The notes below the pieces were generated by a model, which saw nothing but the letters and a program-made list of their open reading frames with translations, did not search any database and was not told where the DNA came from. Shown in pieces: positions 22,543 through 33,129 of a DNA stretch of 64,000 nt. The stretch is from the NCBI GenBank assembly GCA_963695875.1, contig CAVOID010000003.1, positions 320,001-384,000 of the forward strand, in the 5' to 3' direction. A program made the position numbers and the translations under genes. This stretch comes from an uncultured delta proteobacterium (GTDB taxonomy: Bacteria > Desulfobacterota > Syntrophia > Syntrophales > UBA2185). How positions within the stretch are numbered: the first letter of the stretch is position 1; every line of letters begins with the position of its first letter.

Positions 22543-24292
22543 ATGGGAAAAGAAATAGAATCAGAAGAATTTAAAAAATTGGTATCATTGGGCGAATCGA
22601 AGGGTTTCTTAACCTATGATGATGTTAATGATTTGCTGCCTTCTGACATCATATCTTCCGATCAGATCGATGATATCATCATGCTCTTTGGTGAGAAAAA
22701 TATAGATATTATTGATACGGACAAAGGAGAAAAGCTCGTTGTTAAAAAAGTCACAGATGAAAGGATGGCAGTTAAAGAGGAAGATATTCTTGATCTGATG
22801 GCGACTGTAGGAAAGACCGGTGATCCGGTCAAAATGTACCTCCGCGAGATGGGACTTGTATCCTTACTCTCCAGGGAAGGAGAGGTTGAGATCGCCAAAA
22901 AGATCGAGGAGGGAGAGAAGGATGTTATGGACTCCATCTTTGGTATAGCAGCATCAGTCAAGGATGTGGTGGATATTGGAGTGAAATTAAAGAGCGGTGA
23001 TGTCCGCATAAAGAGTATTGTGGCCAATCTTGAGGATGAAGATGGTTTTGTTGAAGAGGATATGCATAAGGAACGGGTCCTGAAGCTGATCGACAGAATA
23101 ACTGCTTTAGACAGGAAAAATGACACCCTTAAGAGAAAACTTAAATCAAAAAACATTAAAAAGAAAGAAAAAAGTGTTATCGAGGAGGAACTTGCAAAAA
23201 ATACAAAAAACATTATTCGCCTATGCAGAAAAGTCAAGTTTAGCAAGAGGCAGATAGAAAGAATGGTCTCGAAGCTGAAGAATTATGTGGCGGAGGGAGA
23301 AGTAGGCAGAAAATGGAATAAGCAGGTGTAAGGAAGAAACGGGATTGCCCCTCAAGGAGATGGAAAAAGCATGGGAGCGAGTAAAAAAATTACCTGCCGG
23401 TCGCGTAATCGATAAAGACACAAGAGTATCTATTCAGAAGTTAAAAGAATGTGAAGCTATTGTCAGGGAAGCGAGAAAGAAGGCATCTATAATTACTCAA
23501 GAAACGGAACTCTCTTTTGCTGCTTTAAAGAAGGTTGTCACTTCCATAGAGAAGGGAGAAAGAAGGGCGGAGAGAGCTAAGAGGAAGCTGGTTGAGGCAA
23601 ACCTTCGGTTGGTTGTAAGTATCGCCAAAAAATATACGAGTAGAGGATTGCAGTTTCTGGATCTGATTCAGGAAGGAAATATTGGTCTGATGAAGGCTGT
23701 TGATAAATTTGAATATCAACGGGGATATAAATTTTCTACTTATGCCACATGGTGGATCAGACAGGCAATAACGAGGGCGATTGCCGATCAGGCAAGAACT
23801 ATTAGAATTCCCGTGCATATGATTGAAACAATAAACAAGCTGATTCGAACATCACGTTACCTGGTACAGGAATTGGGCAGGGAACCAAATCCTGAGGAGA
23901 TTGCAAATAAGATGGAGTATCCTTTGGAGAAAGTGAGAAAAGTTTTAAAGATTGCCAAAGAACCCATATCTCTGGAAACGCCGATAGGTGAGGAAGAGGA
24001 TAGTCATCTGGGTGATTTTATAGTTGATAAAAAGATTATCTCTCCTTCAGAAGCTACGATAAGTATGAATCTTGCGGAACAGACAAGAAAAATATTATCA
24101 ACATTAACTCCGAGAGAAGAAAAAGTGCTTAGGATGCGCTTTGGAATCAGCGAGAGAGTCGATTATTCATCAGAGAGGGAAAAAAGTCACTTGGAGATCA
24201 ACAGGGAGCGAAACAGGCAGATGGAGACAAATGCGGTTAGGAAGTTGAGAAATCCGTCAAGGAGAAAAGTATTCAGGCCTGCAGTGAAATAA
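22543..24292 (+). CDS. rpoD: Primary sigma factor with a divergent region 4.2
   Basis: [68 protein letters not shown]; follows dnaG; frameshift near 23320. Confidence 0.95.
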
Positions 24293-24295
24293 ATA

Positions 24296-24323
24296 TTGAC
24301 AAGGATTAAGTATTAAGTATAAA
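24296..24323 (+). promoter_or_regulatory. Sigma70 promoter upstream of the tRNA
   Basis: TTGACA-16 bp-TATAAA. Confidence 0.6.
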
Positions 24324-24369
24324 AATTACCTTTGTACCTAAGGCATATAGTTCAGTAAAAAATAATGAG

Positions 24370-24442
24370 GGGCCCATAGCTCAATTGGAAGAGCCACCGG
24401 CTCATAACCGGTAGGTCCCTGGTTCGAACCCAGGTGGGCCCA
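24370..24442 (+). tRNA. tRNA with CAT anticodon, probably tRNA-Ile2
   Basis: GGGCCCA/TGGGCCC acceptor stem, CCGG-CTCATAA-CCGG anticodon arm, GGTTCGAACC T arm; no initiator features; CCA not encoded (reads TCA). Confidence 0.9.
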
Positions 24443-24603
24443 TCATATAATTCGAAGGCCGGGAGGTCAAAATTTTATACTGAGTAAAAGGCATATTGTA
24501 TTATGTATTGTAGAACCTCTTGCCAAAGTAAGATTTGTATGTGTTATGGAAAGACACCCGCAGGTAATTCACTAAGGGATCAAAGGAAAAATATCCTCAA
24601 AAT

Positions 24604-24634
24604 AAAATGCACCACATGTTGGTGCATTTTTTTT
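24604..24634 (+). terminator. Intrinsic terminator
   Basis: AAAATGCACCA-catgt-TGGTGCATTTTTTTT. Confidence 0.8.
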
Positions 24635-24716
24635 ATTTTCGGTATGGAGTATGGTTTCAAAAATGTATTTATGGATATGGCCGCCGGTCAATAAATTGGG
24701 ATGAAAGGAAAGATTT

Positions 24717-25440
24717 TTGGACAAACAATTATCATATTTAATTGAGCTTCAAAAACTTGATCTGAATATAGACAAGATTAACGTTAAGAAAAGGGAATTG
24801 CCTGAAAAGATTGCGCAGATGGATGAGGAATTCAGGACATACATTGCGAACATGGATGAAAGCAAAAAGAAATTTGAAGAATTGAATAAGCGTCATGGTG
24901 AAAAGGAAGATAAGCTAAGAAGAGGAATTGATACCCTCAAGAAGACAAAAGAACGTCTGCTCGAGGTTAAGACAAATAAGGAATATCAGGCAATCTTGAA
25001 AGAAATTGAGACGATAGAAAGCAAAAACAGCCAGAACTGAGGATGAAATTATTTCCGCATTGGAGGAGTTAGATCATGTCAGGATTGAATTAAAAACAAA
25101 AGAAAAGGATTTTGATGCTTATAGATTACAGTATGAAAAGGAAAAGAAGAAGATAGCGGAAGAGATCAGTCAGCTTGATATCGATTTATCAGATTGTATG
25201 CAAATAAGTAGTGATCTCAGGAGGCAGATTCGTAAGGAACTTCTCAAAAAATACGAAACCATCAAAGGTAAAAGAAATGGCCTGGCCGTGGTATTGGTAT
25301 GGAAGGAAGTATGTGGCGGCTGCCATATGAATATTCCTCCTCAATTGTATATTGAATTACAAAGATCCACAGATTTACTGTCCTGTCCGAACTGCAACAG
25401 GATCATATACTGGTTTAATCAGGATAAAACAGATGGCTGA
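24717..25440 (+). CDS. Coiled-coil plus C4 zinc-ribbon protein (CT398-like)
   Basis: LIELQKLD...VKTNKEYQA...CGGCHMNIPPQ...CPNCNRIIY; frameshift near 25035. Confidence 0.9.
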
Positions 25441-25621
25441 AGGCTTTATGAAAAAACCGATATTCGCGTTACGATACATTCATCCCCGTATAAAGCACGG
25501 GGCAGGCTGTGCAGCATATCTCTATGTACGCCTCATTCCTCGGTGTTTGCGTGCCTTGCCTCTGGATTTTCTAAGAATCTGTCCATATTCTGTTTAATTT
25601 TCATATTTTTGCGAGGTTATA

Positions 25622-26035
25622 ATGTCTGATCTTGCTTTAAATCTCTATACTGATGGAGCATGCAGGGGAAACCCCGGTCAGGGCGGCGCAGGAGCCGTTC
25701 TGATGGATGACAGGGGTAATATTTTCGCTGCCATAAAGAATTCATTGGGGCTATGCACGAATAATATTGCTGAATATAAAGCACTGATTCTTGGTTTGGA
25801 AGAGGCGTTAAAGAGGCAATGCCGAAAGTTGCATATCTTTCTTGACTCAGAACTTCTGGTTAATCAGATCAACGGTACATATAAAGTGAAGAATGAAAAC
25901 CTGAAGGTATTGATGCTTGATGTGAGAACATTACTGTCCCGCTTTGAGAGTTATACCGTGGAACATGTAGATAGAAGTGAAAACCACGTAGCGGACAGAT
26001 TGGCCAATGAAGCCATTGATGAAGCAACAATTTAA
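25622..26035 (+). CDS. Ribonuclease HI family protein
   Basis: YTDGACRGNPG, TNNIAEY, DSEL, NHVADRLAN. Confidence 0.9.
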   Translation: MSDLALNLYTDGACRGNPGQGGAGAVLMDDRGNIFAAIKNSLGLCTNNIAEYKALILGLEEALKRQCRKLHIFLDSELLVNQINGTYKVKNENLKVLMLDVRTLLSRFESYTVEHVDRSENHVADRLANEAIDEATI

Positions 26036-26232
26036 AAACACTAAATCCTTCATTCGAAGCCTTGACCAATTACAAAATCCAAACATCCGAAATATTTATG
26101 AATTTTGATATTCTAATTTAGGACTTTGTTTAGGTCTTGGGAATTTGTGATCAGAGTTTTCCTATTTGATATTTATATTAAGATCGACTAAAATACTCTT
26201 CCAACAAGCTTCAATGGTTATTTAAAGGTGTT

Positions 26233-26601
26233 GGAGCAGATCAGATGATCGCTGGCCCGGTCTTGCGGGCTGGAGGAAAGTCCGAGCTCCACAGGGCAGG
26301 ATGGTCGCTAACGGCGACTGGGGGTGACCCTAAGGAAAGTGCCACAGAAAATATACCGCCTGCCATTGGCGGGTAAGGGTGAAAAGGCGAGGTAAGAGCT
26401 CACCAGTTTCCCGGGTGACCGGGAAAGCTTGGTAAACCCCATCCGGAGCAAGACCAAATAGGAGAACATTAAGAGCGGCCCGCTCGACGTTCTCGGGTAG
26501 TGTCGCTTGAGGCAGCAGGCAACTGTTGTCCCAGATGAATGATCATCACCGCCTTTCGGGTGACCGGAAGGCGGAACAGAACTCGGCTTATGATCTGGTC
26601 C
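26233..26601 (+). ncRNA. rnpB: RNase P RNA, bacterial type A
   Basis: GAGGAAAGTCCGAGCTCC, AGTGCCACAGAAAA, GGTAAACCCC, ACAGAACTCGGCTTA; 5' and 3' ends pair. Confidence 0.97.
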
Positions 26602-26625
26602 GACACCGATTAAATTCCAGCTACC

Positions 26626-28268
26626 ATGCGAATACAAAATCACATGATACAGTTTATTTTGCTTTTTATTCTTATTCTGGGTTCAGCAGGCGACGGTTTT
26701 GCCTATAATTCTAATCAGGCCATGGAAGAGGCGGATACATATCTCGAAAAGTGGGCAATATCTTGAAGCTGTGAAAGCCTATCAAGATATTTCAGACCTT
26801 TCCCCCGATCCTGAAATGAAAGCAGGCGCTGAACTCAAGATGGGAGATATTTACGGAGAGTTTCTGAAAAATCGTGCCCGGGCACTGGAAAAGTATACCG
26901 TCGTGATAAAGAAATACGGGAATAGCAAACATGCCGCGAATGCCTACTTTAATTCTGGAATGATCCTGTATGAGAAAGGCCGTTACAAAGAGGCCCTGAA
27001 TCAATTCAAAACATACATCAAGAGATATCCCAGTGAGTATCGAAGAGAGGCTGCGGAATTTATGATGGAAATATGTTCTAAGCCTCCTGCCGCAATAAAA
27101 GAAAAAAAGCCAGCCCTTAAAACAGCAAAAGATGGAATTATCAGGGTCTTAATTATGGCTGGTGTCCGGGAGATACGTGTGGACTCGCCTGCGTTATTTG
27201 AAGTAAGAGACGGCGATGAGAGAAGAAATCCTGATCAAGGTTCGAGCAGCTACCATAGACATTTCGGGAGGAATTATAAAGCTTAATGATAGTGAAATAT
27301 CGCACGAAAGGCTGGTTATCATTCCGTCTGATAGTAATATGCTGAGTTTAGGGAATGATTCATTCAGAGGTAAATTTAAGCTCCGTAGGGGTGTCGATGA
27401 TAGGCTGGTTGTTGTTCCGTCCAATGACAACGATCCAAATTTGAAAGGCAATCCTTACAGGGGTAAAATCAGGCTCCAAAGGAGTGCCATTGGCGGCATG
27501 GATGTGATTAATGTCCTGGATGTGGAAGCGTATCTTTACGGTGTCGTCCCAAAGGAGATGTCCCCTCAATGGCATACGGAGGCATTGAAGGCCCAGGCAA
27601 TTGCAGCGAGAACATATGCCCTCGATCAGAAGGAAAAAAACAAAGACAGAGACTATGACATTATCGCCGATACGACATTCCAGGTCTATGGAGGTGCGGG
27701 AGCAGAATCGGGGAGATCCAACCAAGCTGTGGACGAGACAAAAGGAATGGTACTCTTCTATGACGGTCAACTGGCACTTACTTATTTTCATGCGAACAGT
27801 GGTGGAATGACGGAAGATGCGAAACGTGTGTGGAGCACTGATATCCCCTATCTTAAGATGGTTCGCGATGTTTATAGTATAAAGGCCCCGAATTGTTCGT
27901 GGACACTGTCACTTAGTGTCGATAAAATCAGAAAGGCCCTAAGTAGTAAGGGCCTTGAGATTGGATTAATCGAAAGGCTTGTTCCCGTTGAAGTTAGCCC
28001 TTCCGGCAGGGTAATGAAGATCAAGATATTCCATGGTGGAAAGGAGGCCATACTAAACGGCAATGACTTCAGGAGTAAAATTGATCCCACGTTGATCAAG
28101 AGCACTTTATTTACAATAGTCAAACAAGGGGATGAAATCCGATTGGAGGGAAGGGGATATGGCCATGGTGTCGGTATGAGCCAGTGGGGTGCTAACATTA
28201 TGGCCGGCGAAGGATATTCGTACGATGATATCCTAAAACATTACTATCGAGGAGTGGAAATAAGGTGA
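26626..28268 (+). CDS. SpoIID/LytB domain protein with N-terminal TPR-like region
   Basis: YLYGVVPKEM, EALKAQAIAARTYA, QVYGG, GYGHGVGMSQWGA; two apparent frameshifts. Confidence 0.9.
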
Positions 28269-28355
28269 CTCGTTGACTTTAATTTTCATTGATCATAGTT
28301 GTAATGGATTTACCCTTCATATCTTATGAAGTATTAAGTTATGCAGTTGATGACA

Positions 28356-29039
28356 CTACTGGCTGATTTCTGAATATATTTTTTCTATCGCTTCTATAAT
28401 GTTGCCTGATTGCATGATTGGCCTGCCGATAGCTATGAAGTCCGTTTCCATTCTGACCGCTTCCTTTAAAGATGAAATTTTAACTTGATCATGTCTGTCC
28501 TGATACCATGCAGGTCTTATTCCTGAGCAGATCTTTTTTAACGGGTTATCCTGGAGATAATTTAAATCTTTGACGGAGCAGAAGATATATTCATAATTAT
28601 TCATTAGGGCGATATTTGAGAAGGCCTTCACAATGTCATCTGCAGTTCTTTCATAGATCCATTTCACTTCTAAGTCGGTGAAGGAAGTAAGTATCGTTAC
28701 ACCTGCAAGATGTTTTAAAAGGCCGGCATTCTTAGGCCTAAAGTTCGATGAACAGTGGATTGTAACAATATCTGCACCTGCATCAGTCAGTTTACTGATA
28801 CCGTTTTCCATTGTGGAAGGGATGTCATGAAGCTTCACATCAGCCATAACATTAAGTTTGTAATCAGTCCTGAGACGTGAGATGATCTTTATGACATCTC
28901 CGCTGTATAACATATCACTGACCTTAACTCCCCATATCATGCCATTTCCCATGGCTTTTGAAAGACTGCTGAATACTCCCTTTTCTTCAGCATCTTGAAA
29001 GCTTAATCCATCCACCGCCACAATGATTTTCGGAACCAT
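28356..29039 (-). CDS. pyrF: Orotidine 5'-phosphate decarboxylase family protein
   Basis: IIVAVD, DVKLHDIPST catalytic motif, GVTILTS, GIRP, IGRPI. Confidence 0.8.
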   Translation of the reverse strand: MVPKIIVAVDGLSFQDAEEKGVFSSLSKAMGNGMIWGVKVSDMLYSGDVIKIISRLRTDYKLNVMADVKLHDIPSTMENGISKLTDAGADIVTIHCSSNFRPKNAGLLKHLAGVTILTSFTDLEVKWIYERTADDIVKAFSNIALMNNYEYIFCSVKDLNYLQDNPLKKICSGIRPAWYQDRHDQVKISSLKEAVRMETDFIAIGRPIMQSGNIIEAIEKIYSEISQ

Positions 29040-29153
29040 AATCTCCCCCTATTTGGTTTGAGGAATTATAAGCATTAACAACCTTCGAGCAATTTCAGGT
29101 CTTGTATATGTATCGGTACGTTTAAGTATTGTCTTTAATTTCATAATTTATTG

Positions 29154-29182
29154 TTGACATAGAAGTATGCTTTACCTATAAT
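29154..29182 (+). promoter_or_regulatory. Perfect consensus sigma70 promoter with no nearby downstream gene
   Basis: TTGACA-17 bp-TATAAT; next credible start codon at 29908. Confidence 0.8.
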
Positions 29183-29907
29183 CCACTCGCAAAATACTTG
29201 TAAAGACCATGTATTCAAATACATAATGTTGCCCATGTTAAATTCGACTTATGCATAAATAAATTAATAACAGTATAAATCTGGCGTTCTTGAAAACACT
29301 GTAAAATCTCTTTATTCGTAAAAATCTTTTACTCTTGATACATATTTTTAAATTAATAAAAAATAACATAAAAGATTAAACGGAGGTCACTTTTTCACTA
29401 AATTCAAAAGATAAACGGCGCCAGTTCTTCTGGATTCAGATTCCACCATACAAGGAGCTGGGCGCGCTACTTGTCAACCTTCAGAGGTATTGGTGAGTCC
29501 CTCTGCAAGGGAATCATGCTGACTCCCTCCAGAATCCTTCCGATCCCAGGATCGGTCATCTCGGTTGTAAGGGGCAGAGTAATGAGGCGCAGGTTTTGGA
29601 AACATAAAGTCATAGAGGATCGAAAGTTTAGACACAGAGCATTGAATATGATCACCTATGTAAAGTTGTAATCCAAGCAAATTTAATGTCAAAGTATGCA
29701 GGATACTTGATGCCTCATAAAATAAGTTGCGACTGACCGCTTTTGGGGATTAAAGATAATAATTAAATAAGCCGATAAAAATTAAGGTATTTCTATGTTT
29801 TTTTCACTGAATGTTTCAGGCAGTTAATGTTTAATGCCTCTTTAGCTTATTGATGTAGCGGGGGCATTAGGTCATCTTTATTGAAGATGATGCCGGGGAG
29901 TCTGAAA

Positions 29908-30867
29908 ATGAAGAACATAAAATTGGTTGTGAGAAATGATTCAATATCAGAAAATATTGAAGAACTGAAGGAAGAGTCACAGATTTGGCCAATGGTTGGT
30001 TTGTCTGTAGGTAGTTTTATTCAATTAATTTCAATGGATCAGCAAACCTGTATCTTGGAAGTTTATCATAGTATAAATAAAAAGGGGACTTTTTATTTTA
30101 TTGAGGGTTCACTTTATAATGCTATTTGCGGTGAGCTTGAAGGTGAAGAAGCCGCCATGGAAATGATTTCCTGGGAGAAGGTTAGAATTAATATTAATAA
30201 TAATTTGAACACAAATGATGTTGCAAGGAAGATACACAAGGGGCTTATGTCTCTTTTGATGGAGAGTTCGAGGCGCAAGGATGAATCAGAATGGGACCGT
30301 AATCTTAAAGGGTCAGGGAAGATTGCTGAAAGAGATAAAAATGATCCCGATACCATGGCCATACTGGATGATAAGGAAAAGATTAGTGCTCAGGACAGCT
30401 TCAAAATGAAGTTGGATGAAAGTGTGGAAATCTGTAAGAGGGATATGGGGAATGCGCTAATTTCAGTGAGCGTGATATCAATGACTAATGGAAAGTCTTT
30501 AGGGGGCTATAATTCAAGTCCAGAAACAGTAATTCTCTTTAACGAGATTACGAATTTTATAAAGAAAATATTAGAGAAAAGTTCGTCCGAAACACTGGGA
30601 AGGTATTACATTGTGGATCTTCTAAAAGATAACCAAATGCTTTTTTCTCTGCTTTGCGGCAAATACGAATACCAGTTGGGCATAGTATTTGATAGCACTG
30701 AAATTCAGCTTGGTCTTTTCTTGAATGTCATTATACCAAAAATTACCAAAGTTTTTGAAGATGCAGTGTTCATACTAGGTCATGGAAGTAGTTCAGGCAA
30801 GGGATCCATAGAAGGAGCTTTTATTAGCATGCAGGGGGATTTAAATGGCCATGAATTTCGTGTGTAA
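29908..30867 (+). CDS. DUF4388 (PATAN-like) domain plus C-terminal roadblock-like domain
   Basis: GLSVGSFIQLISMDQQTCILEV...GTFYFIEG...GEEAAMEMISW...LLMESSRRKDE; C-terminal domain paralogous to the next gene. Confidence 0.75.
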   Translation: MKNIKLVVRNDSISENIEELKEESQIWPMVGLSVGSFIQLISMDQQTCILEVYHSINKKGTFYFIEGSLYNAICGELEGEEAAMEMISWEKVRININNNLNTNDVARKIHKGLMSLLMESSRRKDESEWDRNLKGSGKIAERDKNDPDTMAILDDKEKISAQDSFKMKLDESVEICKRDMGNALISVSVISMTNGKSLGGYNSSPETVILFNEITNFIKKILEKSSSETLGRYYIVDLLKDNQMLFSLLCGKYEYQLGIVFDSTEIQLGLFLNVIIPKITKVFEDAVFILGHGSSSGKGSIEGAFISMQGDLNGHEFRV

Positions 30868-31037
30868 TATTAAACTTATTTAATGACATGCGCAAAGCAA
30901 CTCAGGTTTCTTAACGCTTTTTATAATTCTGTCATAATCGGGAAGGATAAAAGAGTAATGAAGGGGGGGAGGATAAATTGGAGAAGGTTTGACATATGTT
31001 TTAAGGATGATAAAACAAAACGAAAAGGAGGAAGAAG

Positions 31038-31413
31038 GTGAACATACAGAAATTAAATGATTGTCTGGAGAACTTGAAAACGAGATTTAGGAGAGGGACT
31101 TATTGCATCTAGTATAATTTCAATGGCTGATTTTCAGACATTAGTGGCAACGGAGAAGTCGAGCCCTGTTGCTGCTTCTCTCTTTGGTGAGATTACGAAT
31201 TTTATACAGACTTCACTTGCTAAGGGACCCTATCCGCAGATTGGGAAATTTTATTACTTGGATCTTGTTGGGAATAAGGGGCTTATCTTTATTCCGCTTG
31301 GTGACTACCAGTGGGGGATATCGATTGACACTAAGAAGTGCAAACTCGGGCTTCTCCTGAATATTATTTTACCTACAATGATTACTAACTTTGAAGAGGC
31401 GGTCACATCTTAA
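31038..31413 (+). CDS. Stand-alone roadblock-like protein, paralog of the previous C-terminal domain
   Basis: AGGAGG RBS plus GTG 31038, frameshift near 31080; shares LFxEITNFI, GxxYxxDL, YQxGI, LGLxLNxIxP. Confidence 0.7.
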
Positions 31414-31431
31414 TGACCTAAGGAGGTAGCA

Positions 31432-31614
31432 ATGGGAGAGAAATTGGTACGTATATTTGAGATTGTTACAGAGCAGGCAGGTTTTAAAGGAAGGTTGGAA
31501 CTCGCTACTAAGGCGGGTATGACTATGGCTCAAGCAGCGGAGATGAAGGATACAGAAGAACTTGTAAAAAAATTGAAGGCTGCGGCAAGCGATATAATCG
31601 ATAAAGGATTATAA
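31432..31614 (+). CDS. Small helical hypothetical protein (60 aa)
   Basis: AAGGAGGT RBS; starts 18 bp after the previous gene. Confidence 0.8.
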   Translation: MGEKLVRIFEIVTEQAGFKGRLELATKAGMTMAQAAEMKDTEELVKKLKAAASDIIDKGL

Positions 31615-32036
31615 TAGAGCCTTATAGTTAAGAAAGGTCTGAAATTAAGTATAGGTGTGTTCCCCGGGACACAACCCAGGTCTTAAGCTCCAGTGATCTT
31701 GGGGAATTATACCTAAGATGGATGTGACATAATTAAGGCATGTTTTTCCTCATGTTTTTCCCATATCCTGTCTCTTGCCGCTTTATGTGTTGCAGACAGG
31801 TAGGAAGAGCCAGTAACGTATTGAGTAATAATGCTGGTTTTGTAAAAGCTAAGAGGTACGGTGTGCCAACATTAAAGATTGTGGCATGAATATCCGCCGC
31901 GTAGCTTGTCTACAGACTGGCATTGGGTAGGGTGAAGGTGCAAAGCATCAGGAGCCTTCCACTGGCAATATTTGTCACTACAGGCGCGAAGAACAGGGTT
32001 ACTATTCACGTATCACCATTGGGTAGCAAATAGAAT

Positions 32037-32441
32037 ATGAATTTAGCACTGGGTGGGGAACAACTCGACAAGATATATGATACCATGAAGTCGAGCCTGA
32101 TCGAGATTGGTGTCGAGACTGTGCTATTACTTGATACGGCTGGAAATGTGATTACATCAGTTGATGATGGTAGTGACAGGCATGATGTTTATTCGTTGGC
32201 GGCTCTCGCTGCTGCTAATTTTAGTGCAATGCGCAGTATGGCAAAAATTGCGGGAGAAGAAGAGTTCTCGCTTTTATTTCATAGAGGACAAAAGGAAAAT
32301 ATCTATTTAAGCGCAGTAAGCGATGATTTTTTATTATTCGTAATTTTCAATAATGAAATGCCTTTGGGGCTCCTAAGGCTAAAAGTTGCAAAGGTTATCG
32401 GGGAGTTGCTCGGTGTATTAATCACTGATTCCTCTCCGTAA
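32037..32441 (+). CDS. mglB: Roadblock/LC7 protein, MglB-like, without the C-terminal tail
   Basis: LLLDTAGNVI, SLAALAAANF, EFSLLFHRG, LGLLRL; directly upstream of mglA. Confidence 0.85.
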   Translation: MNLALGGEQLDKIYDTMKSSLIEIGVETVLLLDTAGNVITSVDDGSDRHDVYSLAALAAANFSAMRSMAKIAGEEEFSLLFHRGQKENIYLSAVSDDFLLFVIFNNEMPLGLLRLKVAKVIGELLGVLITDSSP

Positions 32442-32512
32442 GCATGTATACAGCGCTCTTAGACTTTAAATGGATTTAATGAAAATGTTCTGGTTAGGAG
32501 GAGGGATACGAT

Positions 32513-33118
32513 TTGGCGTTTATAAATCTGAAAGATAAGCTGATACAGGCCAAAATAGTATACTACGGTCCCGGCAAAGGTGGTAAGACAACAAATTTGG
32601 AGTACATTTACAACAAGTGTCGAGAGCAGATAAATTCTAAAATGGTTACTATAAAGACAGAAGGTGACCGGACATTATTTTTTGATTTTTTCCCTTTTGA
32701 TATAGGTAAAATAGAAGGGTATGACGTAAAAATACAGTTATATACGGTACCGGGGCAGGTGAAGTATAATTCGACGAGACGTTTGGTATTGAAGGGCGTT
32801 GACGGTATTGTGTTTGTTGCGGATTCTGCAGAGGAACGAAGAAATGCGAATATCCTCTCTCTAAAAAATTTACAAGAAAATCTGACCCTTTATAAAAAGA
32901 ACGTATTTGAAATACCCTTGATAATGCAATACAATAAAAGAGATATTGCAAAGGAGGGGATTCCTATTTTGGATTTAGAAACAATGGAGAAAGACCTCAA
33001 TGACGATTTAAAAGTGCCGTCCTTCGAAGCTAGTGCTCTGAAAGGTGATAATGTTATTCTGACCCTTAAGAAAATAATATCGGCAACGATGGCTTCTCTG
33101 GAAAAGGAACTGAAATAG
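32513..33118 (+). CDS. mglA: MglA small Ras-like GTPase
   Basis: KIVYYGPGKGGKTTNL, DRTLFFDF, LYTVPGQV, NKRD. Confidence 0.95.
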   Translation: MAFINLKDKLIQAKIVYYGPGKGGKTTNLEYIYNKCREQINSKMVTIKTEGDRTLFFDFFPFDIGKIEGYDVKIQLYTVPGQVKYNSTRRLVLKGVDGIVFVADSAEERRNANILSLKNLQENLTLYKKNVFEIPLIMQYNKRDIAKEGIPILDLETMEKDLNDDLKVPSFEASALKGDNVILTLKKIISATMASLEKELK

Positions 33119-33129
33119 GAGCGTGGAAA

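Noticed and set aside
25441..25585. Hairpin-containing intergenic DNA and ORF 25352..25597 (similar relics near 4990, 5770, 12890, 26040, 58537)
   Set aside because: Look like decayed REP-type repeats; boundaries cannot be supported.
18500..27250. Dense frameshifts read as pseudogenisation or programmed frameshifting
   Set aside because: They hit essential genes (dnaG, rpoD, also rpsP) and cluster by region while 36.5-50 kb is clean; best explained as sequencing indels.
27300..27485. Internal duplication in the SpoIID protein (RLVIIPS...FRGK / RLVVVPS...YRGK)
   Set aside because: Real but short and diverged; no functional implication can be supported.
28356..29039. pyrF as a degenerate enzyme
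   Set aside because: The catalytic DxKxxD motif and GR phosphate-binding motif are intact.
29415..29450. TTCCACCA as a tRNA or tmRNA 3' end
   Set aside because: No T arm or matching acceptor stem.
31620..32030. Possible structured leader before mglB (CCTGTCT/AGACAGG and other short stems)
   Set aside because: Stems are short and match no motif I recognise.
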